A DNA stretch of 63,960 bases, counting the filler, from Octopus bimaculoides (Eukaryota): NCBI RefSeq assembly GCF_001194135.2. It is 5 parts of 4 records of this genome, joined end to end, with 100 filler letters (N's around TTAATTAATTAA, not from the genome) between each part and the next. Parts side by side here need not be neighbours in the genome. Positions count along the whole stretch, not along the records: positions 2,974 to 23,724 come from NC_068990.1; positions 23,825 to 44,433 come from NC_068993.1; 3 more parts are not named here. One strand, given 5' to 3'. Below are positions 11,619 to 26,209 of the stretch, piece after piece; within the stretch, counting starts at the first letter, position 1, and each line of letters opens with the position of its first letter. The position numbers and the translations under genes are program-made. The notes beneath the pieces are model-generated. The model was given only the letters and a program-made list of their open reading frames with translations. It searched no databases and was not told the DNA's origin.

Positions 11619-14141
11619 TATATATATAACATAAAAACATACACTCACACACGTATACATGTATGAGAGTGGAGAGTGAAAGAGAGTGAGATAAAAAAAA
11701 AAAACTACACAAACATGGCCAGTATGATGCGTTATTTAATGTACACACATTTTGAGAGATTAGTAGACATAATTTGCGTTAAGTATACAGCACAGTTATA
11801 CGAGTGAATATTTCCTCTAAAATTGGTGGTAATAGGATGCAAGGAATATGCTAAAGTATATTTAGTCTCCTATGTTCCCAGTAAGAAACCTTAACAAAGC
11901 TAAGGTAATATTTTAAGAGAATTCTTAAAGCATTCGATGAGAAATGAGACAAGCAAACGAAATGCCTTACCGTTATTACTTTACCTCTTTGTATATATTT
12001 TCGGATATCATTATGCTTTATTGACAACGTTATACGTTTGGTGTAAGTTACGATAGGTTTTACGATGCTCATTCTTCCGTTGTGTTTCACAGTTTACATC
12101 ATAGTTTCCAGTCATTGTAGCAAAACTGTGATTGTTCAGGTCTTTCCTTGTATTCCGTCTAGAGAGAGAGAGAGGGAGAGACAGATATACATACATATAT
12201 ATACATATATACGTATTTGTAAACACAGAGCCACACGCACACACATATATTAATACGCTTATATACAAATATGAAAAAAAGAACAAACATGCGCAAACAT
12301 TAAACATTCGGGTGAAAAGGAAGAAAGTAGGCATCAATTACATTAAAGCAGAGGAAGTTATTTTATATATGATACTTAGGTGATCCAGTCACATACAGTA
12401 CTAGGGACTTTCCGCCAGGGAGAGGCATGGAAATATCCAACTATAGATCATTAATCAGAGACGTTGCTATTGTAAATCAGTGTATATGTGTAGGAATGAT
12501 TGTAACTGCGTATTATTCATAGAATTATCGAACCTATACAGAACTTTAGTCAGTTTTGACTGCCAAATTCATCGCATTGCCGCATGTTTGCATGTGTAGC
12601 AGGTAGTGTGGTAGACCTCAAATGAAATCTATGATATGAATGGGTATTTCATATAGCGATTAACTACGTGTGTGAGAGGGAAATAACTACACCTGAATAT
12701 CATTGAAATATACAAGCCCATATATATANNNNNNNNNNNNNNNNNNNNNNNNNNNNNNNNNNNNNNNNNNNNNNNNNNNNNNNNNNNNNNNNNNNNNNNN
12801 NNNNNNNNNNNNNNNNNNNNNNNNNNNNNNNNNNNNNNNNNNNNNNNNNNNNNNNNNNNNNNNNNNNNNNNNNNNNNNNNNNNNNNNNNNNNNNNNNNNN
12901 NNNNNNNNNNNNNNNNNNNNNNNNNNNNNNNNNNNNNNNNNNNNNNNNNNNNNNNNNNNNNNNNNNNNNNNNNTATATTAATAAATCTCAGGGTAGCAAA
13001 AACATTTTGAAATTCTTTTTGCTTCCAGTGGTCTAGCGAGAGAAAAAAATACTATTCAATAGACTGTATATTATTCATATAAATACATATAGTGTACATT
13101 TAAACACAAAAAATAGATGTCCATAATAGGACATCTAACCCGTTAGAAGGAGCAGTCAAATTCCAAACCATAATTAGGGATAATTTCGAAAGGGAATGAA
13201 AAATAAAAACATTTACCATCTATTTCCTGAGCCATGGTTTCAAGCTATTTTCAGCAAAATAAAATAATTTGCTAGGCCAAATTATGTGACAATTATGTGA
13301 CAATTATTGGGTAGCCATGATAAAACTCGGAGTGTCGGATGTCGGGGCGGAAATCCACGCCACCAACTCTTCAGTCGTCTGGTCATCGGAAACATTGCAA
13401 GATTACTCTTGTCCCTACTGACTCCAAAGATTCTATGATTTGAATATATTTGGCCACCAGGCTTCTTCTCTTGGCCATGTTTTCTTTCCTAATTTCTGGA
13501 TGCTTTTGTATTCACTCTGATGAAGCTCCATGTTTTGGTTCGAATATCCTATGATGATGAAGAATATTATTTTCGCAATTCTTTCAAAGGCGCTGACAGA
13601 CATCAGAAGCGGAAACGGCCGTAAGAATTGTTATGCCACATAAATATTACGGTCATGTTTTGTACTAAATAATAAGCTACCTATTTGATCCAATTGATTT
13701 GTTTATTAAGCTTAAGTTTTCTCCATTTTCTGATTATTTAAATTTGATTCCTGATCAACTTTTGTATATTCTGATGTTACATGTTCTCTAGGAGCACAGT
13801 GTGCCAGCATACCCATGCCCAGATATAACACGGGTAACAGATACCTTTAGTAAATACGGATATGTTATCCCTTAGTCGGTTACTATAACCGCTAACACTG
13901 CTTGCCTATATATANNNNNNNNNNNNNNNNNNNNNNNNNNNNNNNNNNNNNNNNNNNNNNNNNNNNNNNNNNNNNNNNNNNNNNNNNNNNNNNNNNNNNN
14001 NNNNNNNNNNNNNNNNNNNNNNNNNNNNNNNNNNNNNNNNNNNNNNNNNNNNNNNNNNNNNNNNNNNNNNNNNNNNNNNNNNNNNNNNNNNNNNNNNNNN
14101 NNNNNNNNNNNNNNNNNNNNNNNNNNNNNNNNNNNNNNNNN

Positions 14142-14208
<67 letters not shown>

Positions 14209-16584
14209 GACATTTACATATATACATATATACATGAAGAAACGTACATACGTATATGTATGCAGGTATGTATATTTCATTGTGCGATTAGACTACATAC
14301 ATGCGGTAACTTTTCAATTATTAATTAACTATTTGCATTCCGTACCAATATTAATCTTACTGCCATCCACAACAGAGGCAATAAGACACTAAGACATGAA
14401 CTATGAACTGGCTGTTCAATACGTTCTTAAGGTCTTCGCTCTTTCCCCATAAACCTATTAATTAGATATGTTTAATGATAGTTTTATGATTAGTTTCTGC
14501 TCAGTTCATATTCTGAAAGTTACACTAAAAACGATTAAAGCTCCTTCTATTATTGTATCATATAATTTTCAACCGTGCAGTAGCGTTAATACACAACTTA
14601 CGGCGTTTGAATACTTTTAGCCTTTTTTTGCCCATTACTCGATAATGAGACTATCATATTATTTTCTCTTGAAAAGGAAGATAAAATAAAAAGCTGTTGC
14701 CATTATTAGCTAAAGGGAAATTAATTGGTTTTCTTAGAGAAGAGGTATCAGAAATTAAAAAAAAAAGGAAATGAAATTCCAAAATATATACAGGAATGGA
14801 GAAGTAGAGAAATTGTCAAGAGGTGATGTGCTTAATAGTCAGTATTAACGGTACTATCGTTGTCAGCATTAACACAATCATAATCATTCTATATGCCACA
14901 GTCGTATCGTCGACGACATCGCAGTCATCACCGCTACAAACAACAGCAGCACCATTAGCAATATCATTATAAAACCACAATCTCCGCTACCACCATCACC
15001 ACTAAAAACTCTAAGATTACTTTGAAAATGAAAATCATCATCATAATCAATACCATCATTATCATCCTCAAGTTATTTATCCCCAGTTGTAGCTAAGCAT
15101 TTGAATTGCTTTCATCCCTACCACAACAACGAAACTGCATTACGAAACTATAACGAGGTAACGTTGACCTGCAATTAGTCGCAAGGAAACCTTCGCTAAA
15201 TACTAATCACCAGTTATCAGAATTGTTAAGCAGGAATCATAAACTAACTAAGAACAGTAGACGAAACAGAATAAGTCATGATGTTTCTGTTTACAAACGG
15301 AAACATATTCATTATATTTTTTTACAAGTGCAGCAATGCCGGCAAATGTGTACGACGCCAGCTTGGAAACACAACCATACTAAAGTTTGATGGTTTACAA
15401 ACAATATCAAAAATCAATGTTCATAAACAATGCAGAAACAGACATGAGTTGTTTTAGAGTAAAAACTATTATTGATTGCACTTGAAGTAGGGAACCAAAC
15501 AGGAACGTTCATGTCACCCATAAATATTGCAGGACAATCGTTTGATCAAATTGGTCTCTTTCCAACAAGATTTGCCTCCTCAACAAGTCACATCGTTGAA
15601 CAAAAATGCAAACACTCATGTAAATTCTACTTCAATTGATGAAATCACATGTTCGTGCCGAACGCACAGGTGACAGCGATTTATTCTGTAAAATTCAGGT
15701 TCATGAAAATGGTGGAGTAATCTATGATGCATCACTGAAAGAAATTTCAGGAACAAGGGTCGAAAAAAAATTTAATGTAAGTCTTGGAAATTTCGGACGC
15801 AAAATATTTTGAAATAAAACTCATCCGAAGTACTTGATCACTTTCGGTTTAACATTGAAGTAAACTTATATAAGTTATTACTATATATGGTGAACAAGTA
15901 ACATTGGAAAGTTTTTTTTATTAAGATGTCTTTAAATCCCAAGGATTACACTAAAGCTATGAATTTGATTGATCAGTCGATGAATCAGAAAACTGTCTGT
16001 AATGCTCAATACGAACAAATAATATAATCCAACAAAGATTGTCAGCGCAGGTCAAAGAAATCAGTACTTAACAACAACTGACATAACATATGATGAAGTA
16101 TCTAGTTACGTATTAACTCAAACACATACTCTCGAACATACGCAAAAAGAAACACACTTACATATATACTTGTTCGTTTATTTCCTTTCTATACTTGTCT
16201 TTTCATATATTCGTATATAAATACCTTATATAAAAATGTGTGTAAACATGTGTATACATATCTTTGTGTTTATTTGTGTATATGATAGATGTGATAGCAT
16301 GTGCATTATTTATACATACATTCAAATACATATATATATATACGCACGCATATATATATATACATANNNNNNNNNNNNNNNNNNNNNNNNNNNNNNNNNN
16401 NNNNNNNNNNNNNNNNNNNNNNNNNNNNNNNNNNNNNNNNNNNNNNNNNNNNNNNNNNNNNNNNNNNNNNNNNNNNNNNNNNNNNNNNNNNNNNNNNNNN
16501 NNNNNNNNNNNNNNNNNNNNNNNNNNNNNNNNNNNNNNNNNNNNNNNNNNNNNNNNNNNNNNNNNNNNNNNNNNNNNNNNNNNN

Positions 16585-16633
<49 letters not shown>

Positions 16634-17324
16634 GTTTCTACATCATATACATACACACCTTCGCACGCAGAAACACATGTATATGTAGAGACACACACAG
16701 GTATATATATAGGTCCACACTCACATCCACACACACGCAATTATATACGTATGTATGTACGTATGTATTTTCACTTGCATATACATTTTCTTTTACATGT
16801 GGTTGCTTCGTGTTTCTGGGTGTGTAAGATTAATGCGTCTTTGTTGTTTGTTCTTACAAGGATAACATTATGCGTAAGAAAAAAGAATATTTATGAAATG
16901 CAAGGACGAGAATAAAAAAAATATGAAACTACATATTTGGGTAGAACTGACTCCAGATGTCTGACATTATGTCTGAAACAGATAAAGAAACATATTTTGT
17001 AGGTCACCAGCTGACAGTGTATTATTGTTTGTTATATTTGTAAGGAATATCAATATATCATTCTTCTTGAATTATGATGATTCTTTTGATCTCCGGCCAC
17101 ATTTCCAAAGTATATTTCATTGCCATTGTTTGTATCTTGATGTGACCGCTTTTATTGATTCCCGTCTCTAGGCTCGATAAAGGAATCTTTTCTCGTTTGT
17201 ATATTTCTGTATGGGTGGCTAAAATTTTCAGATCAAAGAAAAACGAATATAGACTGTTTTAATATGCTCTCACTAACAAAAACACGCATCTACGTTGTTG
17301 TTTTTATTAGTATTAGTATTACAA

Positions 17325-17480
17325 AGATGGCGATCTGGCACAATCGTCAGCGCCTCGGGTGAAATGCTGAGAGACCTTCCTTCCGATACTTTACTTTCTG
17401 AGCGCAAATTTCACAGACGCCGACTGTGCTTTTCATCCTTTCCAGGTCGACGGGAACTAGTTGAACACTGGAATCGAAAT
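17325..17480 (+). mobile_element. Degenerate SINE family A copy
   Basis: ggcgatctggcacaatcgtcagcgcctcgggtgaaatgct...ctgtgcttttcatcctttccaggtcga. Confidence 0.65.
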
Positions 17481-17593
17481 GATCCACATAAGTTCTCTTC
17501 ACAATATTACCGCATGTACCAAGTTTGAAAGCATCACCATTGTCTTTGTCATCATCATCATCATCGTCGTCGTCGTCGTCAGCACTATCATCA

Positions 17594-17676
<83 letters not shown>

Positions 17677-18020
17677 TAAAAAAAAGGATTGACGTAACTC
17701 TTCACAAAGGTAAACAGCAAGACAAAGATCGCGATTCGATTGTAAGATATTTTAGTGGTTGAACGATATTTCAACTTCAAAATAAGAAGTGTTAAACATT
17801 TAAAATAATAGAAATTTAAGTGTAAAGTATGAACGAGAGCATCTAGCGTCCACACGTTGATGGAATGACATAACCAGTTTTTAAGTAATAATTTTTATAA
17901 CAGGAGAAAAAAAAAGAGGAAAAAGACAGAAAAAAGAGGAATGAATAAAGGGGAAAAAAAGAATAATATTTAATTAAACAGTTTTGTATGAATTTGATAT
18001 TCTCCTGTCATTTTATTCAT

Positions 18021-18830
18021 TCATCGAGGGCATGATGTTAATAACTCGCAGACATATTTCTCCTCATGCATTCTGAGAAGTGAAAGTGAAGCAGATTCAG
18101 AATATTTTCTGAGAATATACACTTTCAAGTCTTTTTCAAAATTGTAGTCGCTTTTGGCGAAATGTTCGGCAAGTTCTATCGAACTACTGTTATTCTGACT
18201 GTCGTCGAATCTGTGCCCATGAAACGTTTTCTTTAATTGTTCTGTTGTACAACCAACATAAATCAAGTTGTGTTTCGAGCATTCTTCCGTGTAAACCAAA
18301 TGGGAATCTCTACATGTCTCACCTTCTGTGTAAATTATAACACTTCTGTTATGAATCCTGATGGAATCCACTTAACACATGTTGTTGCACAATAGACAGG
18401 GCTTACGTCTCTTGCGGCTGTTCTTTAAGGTACAGCGTGCAGATAATCCAATGTTCGTTTTCTTGGCGTCAGAGATAGAGGTCAATGATTCTCTTATATT
18501 CTTATTCCGTCTAAAGGTCACAATAGGCGGCTGAGTAAATATCTGTTTCAAACGAGGATATTTTTTCGCCAAATGTTGGTAACCTTCATGCAACACTTTT
18601 AAAATGCAAGTGAAATTTTGGTGCCAGCTAATCGCTAAAGGAATTCCGTCATCTATTGCTAAAGTTATGCGTGAAGGTTTGAAAATCTTTCCTATTTCCT
18701 ATAATCGTGTTTCACTGCAACCGCGTTTGCCATAATTATGTAAAAAGAACATTTGCATGTTTCCAGTAATCCCCTATGCCAGTACAAATCCGTTTTATCC
18801 TCAAAAATTGAAATTTCGGATTTGACCGAA
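18021..18830 (-). mobile_element. Penelope-like element: RT thumb/linker plus GIY-YIG endonuclease, pseudogenised
   Basis: IPLAISWHQNF..LKVLHEGYQHLAKKYPRLKQIFTQPPIVTFRRNKNIRESL (PLE thumb), CxxC linker KPCLLC, then HLVY..ECSKHNLIYVGCTTEQLKKTFHGHR...IELAEHF (GIY-YIG-like IYVG). Split by a stop and frameshifts. Confidence 0.9.
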
Positions 18831-19080
18831 TAATATGATGGGAATGATCGGAGCGGTGGTGGAGACATACGTGGAATGACGTAGGCTTGCAAAATAACTT
18901 TGTCACTATTCTGCCTCCAGAAACTTGACTTTTGTGTCCAAATATTCAATGCTAGATTTTGAAAAACCAGACTTAAATTTTATGTTGGATTTCAAGCCAT
19001 AGTTTTTAGCATATTATTATTATTAATAATAACACTGATTTCTGCAACTGTACTAAACTGGATTTTATACTATTATTTAA

Positions 19081-19735
19081 GGCGGTGAGCTGGCAGAAAC
19101 GTTAGCACGCCGGAAGAAATGCTTGGCGGTATTTCGCCTGACGTTACGTTCTGAGTTCAAATTCCGCCGAGGTCGACTTTGCCTTTCATCCTTTCGGTGT
19201 CGATAAATTAAGAACCAGTTACGCATTGGGGGTCGATGTAATGGACTCAATCCATTTGTCTGTCCCGTCTACGTTTAGCCCCTTTTGTGGGCAATAACGA
19301 AATAAGAAGCCTTAGTGTTAGTGGTATTTTGTCCGTCACTGTGTTCTGAGCTGAAATTCCGCCGAAGTTGTCTTTGCCTTTCATCCTTTCGTGGTCGATC
19401 AATTAAGTACCAGTTGCGTACTGGAGTCGTTCAAAGCGACTGGCCCCGTTCCCCAACATTTCAAGACTTGTGCCTATAGTAGAAAGGATTATTATTATAA
19501 TTGCTATTATTTAAGGCAGCGAGCTGGCAGAGTCGTTAGCCCGCCGGCGAATTGCCTAGCGGTATATCGTCTGCCACCACGTTCTTAGTTCAAATACCGC
19601 GGGAGCTGATTTTACCTTTCATCTTTTTGGGGTCGATAAATTAAGTACCAGCTGAACACTGGGGTCGATATAATTGACTCATCCCCACCTTCTCCAGCTA
19701 CCCTTGTGGCATATTGGCATATATTTGAAATGTTA
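19081..19735 (+). mobile_element. Tandem cluster of three family A SINEs (19081-19306, ~19313-19490, 19515-19735)
   Basis: Three same-orientation copies of the gaggtcgactttgcctttcatcctttcggggtcgataaattaagtaccag core, each with a different 3' tail. Confidence 0.9.
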
Positions 19736-21100
19736 ATAATGATAATTGGAATTACTATTATCATTTGTAGTATTAATAGGACCCGTGTAAATTCCACAGA
19801 ATAGAAAACATTAAGAGGACCGTTTTAAAGAAGAAAAGATGATCTTTATATTTATAGTTTATTTTCTTTCAGATATTCTTGACTATCGTCTACATTCACT
19901 TTCTCACGTCTCCCTATGTGCTGTCTTTTTCCTCTTTTTCTTATATTTTCTTGATGTTCCCTTCATATCCGTGCTTTATATCTGCACATCCTTTCCCAGG
20001 AAGCTTGTAACCGTGTTTCTTGGAAATCCAGAGTTTAGGCTAGATTAGCCTGTATAAAGAGATAACAATTTTTTTAAGCAAGCAAAAGATAATTGTGATG
20101 GTCGCTATGAAATAGTTTAGTTCAATAAAGAAAATACTATTCAATATCAACACACCACGTTGAATATAGATGAATATAAATGAATACATATATAAGGGAT
20201 GTAGATGTTTCGGAATTATTAAAAAAAAACTATTCACACGTATTACTTCTTTACAACTGAATAGGTAAAATACCTAAATAAGGAAGCGAGGAAAGTCTGC
20301 AATTTCCAAACAGACACAAAATGAAAACAAACAGCTAGAAGTATAAAGAGAAGAAACTGATCAACCGTTTGAAAATTAAATATGAGAAAATATCTCAAAC
20401 ATTTATATATATATAATGTTTGTATGAGAGTAAAAATATCACCAAACTACTAGTTTTTTTTATTAAAAAGTAATCTCGTAGAATGTTAGTATCACACACA
20501 ATTATAATGAAAGTGTAGCCAGAAATACATTTGTTTCACACAAAAGATAATCCAGAGTGGAATCAAGAAACATTACATCAGTTTACGGAGAATTGAACCA
20601 TAACATTTCACCGCCAAAGCAAGCAGTGCAGCACATTATACTGGACACATTGTGTAATTTTCTCTCAAATGAAAAGCACCGATGGTATAACATAATCTCT
20701 CTCAATAACTGGGTTCCATTTTATCTGGGTGATACAAAAACACTAATCAAAGTATAACACATTTGAATAGACATAGATCCATAACTGTTATCGTTTATTC
20801 TCTAAGTATTTCAGAGTTAGGTCGAATCATGCTTAAGAAAACACGAAAAATATTCAGAGACAAAGTACATATGACCGCGAATGCATAGAGTAGCGTCAAG
20901 TAGAAGGCTCCGAAACAAACGTGATAAAAATGTGGATAGAGAGTAGAAAAACTAATAGTTACATTTGAGGTAAAATACACCTTAGGACTGAGCGTACCGA
21001 AGAACTAGTAAGATAAAGCAAACAAAATAAATACAAAATGATAAAGACTAAGAATTGCCATTTGACCTAGAATCACAATAAGATTGGGAAATCTTACAGT

Positions 21101-21142
<42 letters not shown>

Positions 21143-22947
21143 ATTTAGGTTAGTTGAAATACGTTTGTCACTGATGGCGGGATATCCATAATATCCCAGA
21201 AACAGCCTCATCAATTTATCTGTCTTTCTCCTCATAAATGTCCCGGAAACTCCTCATAGCCTTGGCTTTGGTTTCTCATTTTCTCTAATATATATAAATT
21301 AGTGAACGAACATGCATTTCTTTAAGATTCGTGTGACATATCGTAATTCCTACATTACCAAACTTAAAATTATCTTCGAAATCTCAACGTCTTTGCAGTT
21401 GTATTACGACACGTCGACAATAGGCGTTGGAGTTAGACTCTCAAAAATTGTACAGCATCTGAGTTCCAGATAATTCCTCTAACAGTCGTTTATTTTAGAT
21501 TAGCTAGAATATCCCTGCATGCACTAACAACCTCTTTCCCTGTCTTATTGTATTGACATATTGGGAGTCTCACCTTCGATTTGTATTCCTTCACTAACTC
21601 TCCTGTCTGAAACGAGATTTGATGGAAGAGTTGTGAGAGATGGTGACACATCTTGAAAAACAGGATATCATTATTTTTGGTATGCAATTGATAGTATCAC
21701 TAAAATATAAGTGTGACCATCAACTTAAGACACGCTACTATGTTTAAATAAAAGCTTTAGTTAGTCACCTGGCGTGAATTAAGGACACTGTTTGAAGATA
21801 CTCTTTCTAGTACAAGTAGACGATATGGTTTCCCCCTGTGAGTAAGCTTAAGAAATATTGTGGGATATATATTTAGGATTTATACGTGAAGTGCACTGCA
21901 AATTGTTCTCTAACGTGGGAGCGGGGATATCTAATGGGTGCATAATATCTGGACTATACATAGTTTGAAGCTATATTTCTCTGCAATTATTAAAAGTTAG
22001 GTGGACAGTCCATTTGAAAAATGAAAATATTTGCTGCTAGTCTTATAACAATTTATATGATGCAGCATATGTCTCGTCATTAAATCTCATGAGAATATTA
22101 ATGTATACTGTAAAAATAGTATATCAACGTTTGAAAAAGATTTCTACAGTAAACGGCAGAAGTTGAATAAATTTTAATACTTTATATATGCACACGAGTC
22201 TAATATCACTATATCCCATTTACATGTAAATATTCTATGCATTTATTTTTACTTCATATTTATATTATATATTTTATATTCATATCGTTCCATTTATTTA
22301 TTTTGTCGTTTTGCTTTAAATATTTTTTTAGATACATTTCCCAAAATTTCCTCATAGCAATGGTCGATTGCGTAGCATATTCGATCAATACGAGACACAC
22401 ACAAAAAAACTCACATCTTCATACACATTAATGTATGCATATATATATATATATATATATATATAAAGATATATGTATATATATNNNNNNNNNNNNNNNN
22501 NNNNNNNNNNNNNNNNNNNNNNNNNNNNNNNNNNNNNNNNNNNNNNNNNNNNNNNNNNNNNNNNNNNNNNNNNNNNNNNNNNNNNNNNNNNNNNNNNNNN
22601 NNNNNNNNNNNNNNNNNNNNNNNNNNNNNNNNNNNNNNNNNNNNNNNNNNNNNNNNNNNNNNNNNNNNNNNNNNNNNNNNNNNNNNNNNNNNNNNNNNNN
22701 NNNNNNNNNNNNNNNNNNNNNNNNNNNNNNNNNNNNNNNNNNNNNNNNNNNNNNNNNNNNNNNNNNNNNNNNNNNNNNNNNNNNNNNNNNNNNNNNNNNN
22801 NNNNNNNNNNNNNNNNNNNNNNNNNNNNNNNNNNNNNNNNNNNNNNNNNNNNNNNNNNNNNNNNNNNNNNNNNNNNNNNNNNNNNNNNNNNNNNNNNNNN
22901 NNNNNNNNNNNNNNNNNNNNNNNNNNNNNNNNNNNNNNNNNNNNNNN

Positions 22948-22980
<33 letters not shown>

Positions 22981-23682
22981 CACACACATATTAATATCAT
23001 CATATATGTCAGTGGTTATTGTGTATGTACGCACACAGGAACATACACATACATATACACATACACATTATCTATGCATATGTGATAGTGAACCAATAAA
23101 TCGATCGATATTTCAGATTTTATTCATTTTTATATTTATTTCTATTAGTGCTCCATTTGATCTGATCTTTTATATTTGAGGAAAGGCTACAGATATCGAT
23201 TGATCTAAAGGAATTTTATTAAGTCCAACCGACTCTTCTACTTCTGTACAGAATTTGTCTATACTTATTAACATAACCTCATTCTCCAATATACATACAC
23301 TTCCAGAAATATCTATGACGTTGTCATAGCCCAAGTTGAATGTTATAGATTTTAGTTCTCTCTCATAAATGTACAAATGATTATTTCTATTTTATTTTAT
23401 ACACTCACTGGTTAGTATTTAACACCAAAAAATCCGTTTGAAAGTGAGAGGAATGTTGATATTTCCTATAATATTTTAAATTTTCAAATGTACATCGAAC
23501 AGCTTAATTCCCTATCGCTCACTCTTTATAATTTTGATCGATGTCATGTATAAGAAACTGTATATAAACAACTTGAGAAAATGTTTGCATTTTAAGTCTT
23601 TTAAAGTCAAACAGTATATATCACTTTGTTATGCTAAGCAGACTTGCATTTATTCTAGTAAGTTTAATCACGGTACATACAC

Positions 23683-23724
<42 letters not shown>

Positions 23725-24921
23725 NNNNNNNNNNNNNNNNNNNNNNNNNNNNNNNNNNNNNNNNNNNNTTAATTAATTAANNNNNNNNNNNNNNNNNNNN
23801 NNNNNNNNNNNNNNNNNNNNNNNNTATATATGTATATATGTATGCGTGCAACATGTGTTTGTGTTTGTATATGCGTGTGTGCGCGTATATATATAAGCAT
23901 GTATATATGTAAGTAATCTGTGTACTGAAATGTAAACAGAATCCGATGTGACAATCACAATCTATTATACTTGGGAGTTATGTGCGGTACACGAGTTAAC
24001 ATATATTTATGAAAAACCGGCCATGTTCATACTTTTTACCATCTTATTGTATTTATATTATTTTTTTGTTTTGTTGCTATATACCACATTCTTGCGTTTT
24101 AAGTAAGTTCTAAGAATACATACATGCATACAAACATTCAGAAATACAGACTTAGGTTTTACTGACACACTCACACACACACACACCCACATCTATACAT
24201 ACATACATACATACATACACACACACTCACACACAAATATAAAGTGTTTTACTATACATGACCTAATGTTTTCATACACTCACATGCACATATACATACA
24301 CATTCACAAAAACACATATATATATATATACACTCACGCATGCACAAATGTAAGGTGTTTCACAATACGTAGTCTGCTGTTTTGACACACACAGACACAC
24401 ACACACTGCAACAGTTTTGCGGGTTATTTGCAACACGATATGTCTCTAGCATTCTGAGTTGCTGACAAGAAAACTTAAGACGCTGACATAATTAAGTAAA
24501 CTGACAAAGAACTCCTACTTTACAAAAATCACTGGCAGACTCTACTGAAAAGAAATAAACGAAACGCGAAAATAGGAATCACAAATCCCATACATAGGAA
24601 GGAGTAGTATATTTTTCTTGTGGACCATATATATATATATATATATATGTATGTTTATGTATATGTACGTACGTACACAAACATATATGTATATATATAT
24701 ATANNNNNNNNNNNNNNNNNNNNNNNNNNNNNNNNNNNNNNNNNNNNNNNNNNNNNNNNNNNNNNNNNNNNNNNNNNNNNNNNNNNNNNNNNNNNNNNNN
24801 NNNNNNNNNNNNNNNNNNNNNNNNNNNNNNNNNNNNNNNNNNNNNNNNNNNNNNNNNNNNNNNNNNNNNNNNNNNNNNNNNNNNNNNNNNNNNNNNNNNN
24901 NNNNNNNNNNNNNNNNNNNNN

Positions 24922-24970
<49 letters not shown>

Positions 24971-25230
24971 TATGTATATATATAAAACATACGTATATAT
25001 ATCCGAATGTAAATATATGTAAATATATGTAAATATATGTAAATATATGTAAATACACGTTTCTATACATGTATATTGGTACGTGAGTGTGTGGGCTTGT
25101 GCTCGTATATATTTATGCATACATACATACATACGTACATACATACATACATACATACTTACATACATATATACATACATACATTCATACATGCATACAT
25201 ACATATATGTGTGTGTATGTATATATATAT

Positions 25231-25268
<38 letters not shown>

Positions 25269-25917
25269 ACACACACACACACATCCATGCACATAATATC
25301 CACTTATTTAGTTTTGCAACAGAAATAGATCCTGCTAACGAAGCAACGTCTACCGATATCGTTGAATGAGGATCGAAACAGCTTGTTTCATTACGAAGAC
25401 TAAATATATATTTATTTATCTATGATACGTATTATATACGAGTTCGGTACATATATTTCTTCTCATTTATCATATTTTACTCGTGCTATAGATATTTATA
25501 TCCGGTCTTTGTAAATAATGATGAAAATTTCTTGATGCTGATTCGAAATCCCTGTTACCCAATGCAGATGTTTTATTGGCATATTTTACCAAGGATCTGT
25601 TACCTAATATATTCATTGCTTCTCTAAAATGTACATTCTTTTTTCCTTTTTGTAATGTTTTTAACCATTTCCCAGTGAGTATTTCGTTTACGCCTTTCCA
25701 TCACAACTTTATGATCGTCAACTGATTTATGGTAAGTAATCAGTCTTGAGTGACTTTTGCAGTTTTCTCCAAGAAATTCCGTGTAGTAATTTGGTTCACT
25801 CAGACACGGTTATGAATAACTATACATTCTATACATTCTATACATTCACACACGCACGCACACACACACACACACACACACGTATGTATAAACATGCACA
25901 TACACATACAAGAATAT

Positions 25918-26209
25918 AAGAGTTAAGGAATGGAGTAGGTAAGATCCGAGGCTACATATGTTTCATAGAGAGCGGAACCTCAGAAGTGGTAAATATCCAA
26001 GCGAGGTGTATACCGCAGGCTTCTCTTCAGGCCAATGATATCTTGATAAAATGAGAGTTTGCATCGTCGCGAGGAGGTACATGTTAACACACGAGGTTAG
26101 CATGTACCTCATTGTGACAATGTAAACTTGGATATTTATTACTTCGTAGGTTCCGCTCTCTATGAAACATATGTTACTTGGACCTTACCTACTCCATTCC
26201 TTAACTCTT
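25918..26209. mobile_element. MITE/foldback element, ~290 bp, with ~83-bp terminal inverted repeats
   Basis: Left aagagttaaggaatggagtaggtaagatccgaggctacatatgtttcatagagagcggaacctcagaagtggtaaatatccaag matches the reverse complement of 26128-26209 with a handful of mismatches. Internal hairpin at 26074-26110. Confidence 0.9.

Noticed and set aside
23170-23376. Protein-like 68-aa minus ORF; similar cases at 58899-59219, 59413-59628, 30628-30870 and 20557-20757
   Set aside because: No recognisable domain or splice support; this length occurs by chance, and 30628-30870 lies in a repeat.
25325-25395. Possible decayed hammerhead (ctaacgaag...tcgaaacagcttgtt); similar hints at 13505, 35130, 41400 and 55060
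   Set aside because: Core incomplete or helices do not pair.
25480-25790. Minus-strand frame WKGVNEILTGK...NFHHYLQRP resembling a LINE pre-RT linker
   Set aside because: Similarity too weak to call, and it conflicts with a plus-strand exon candidate.
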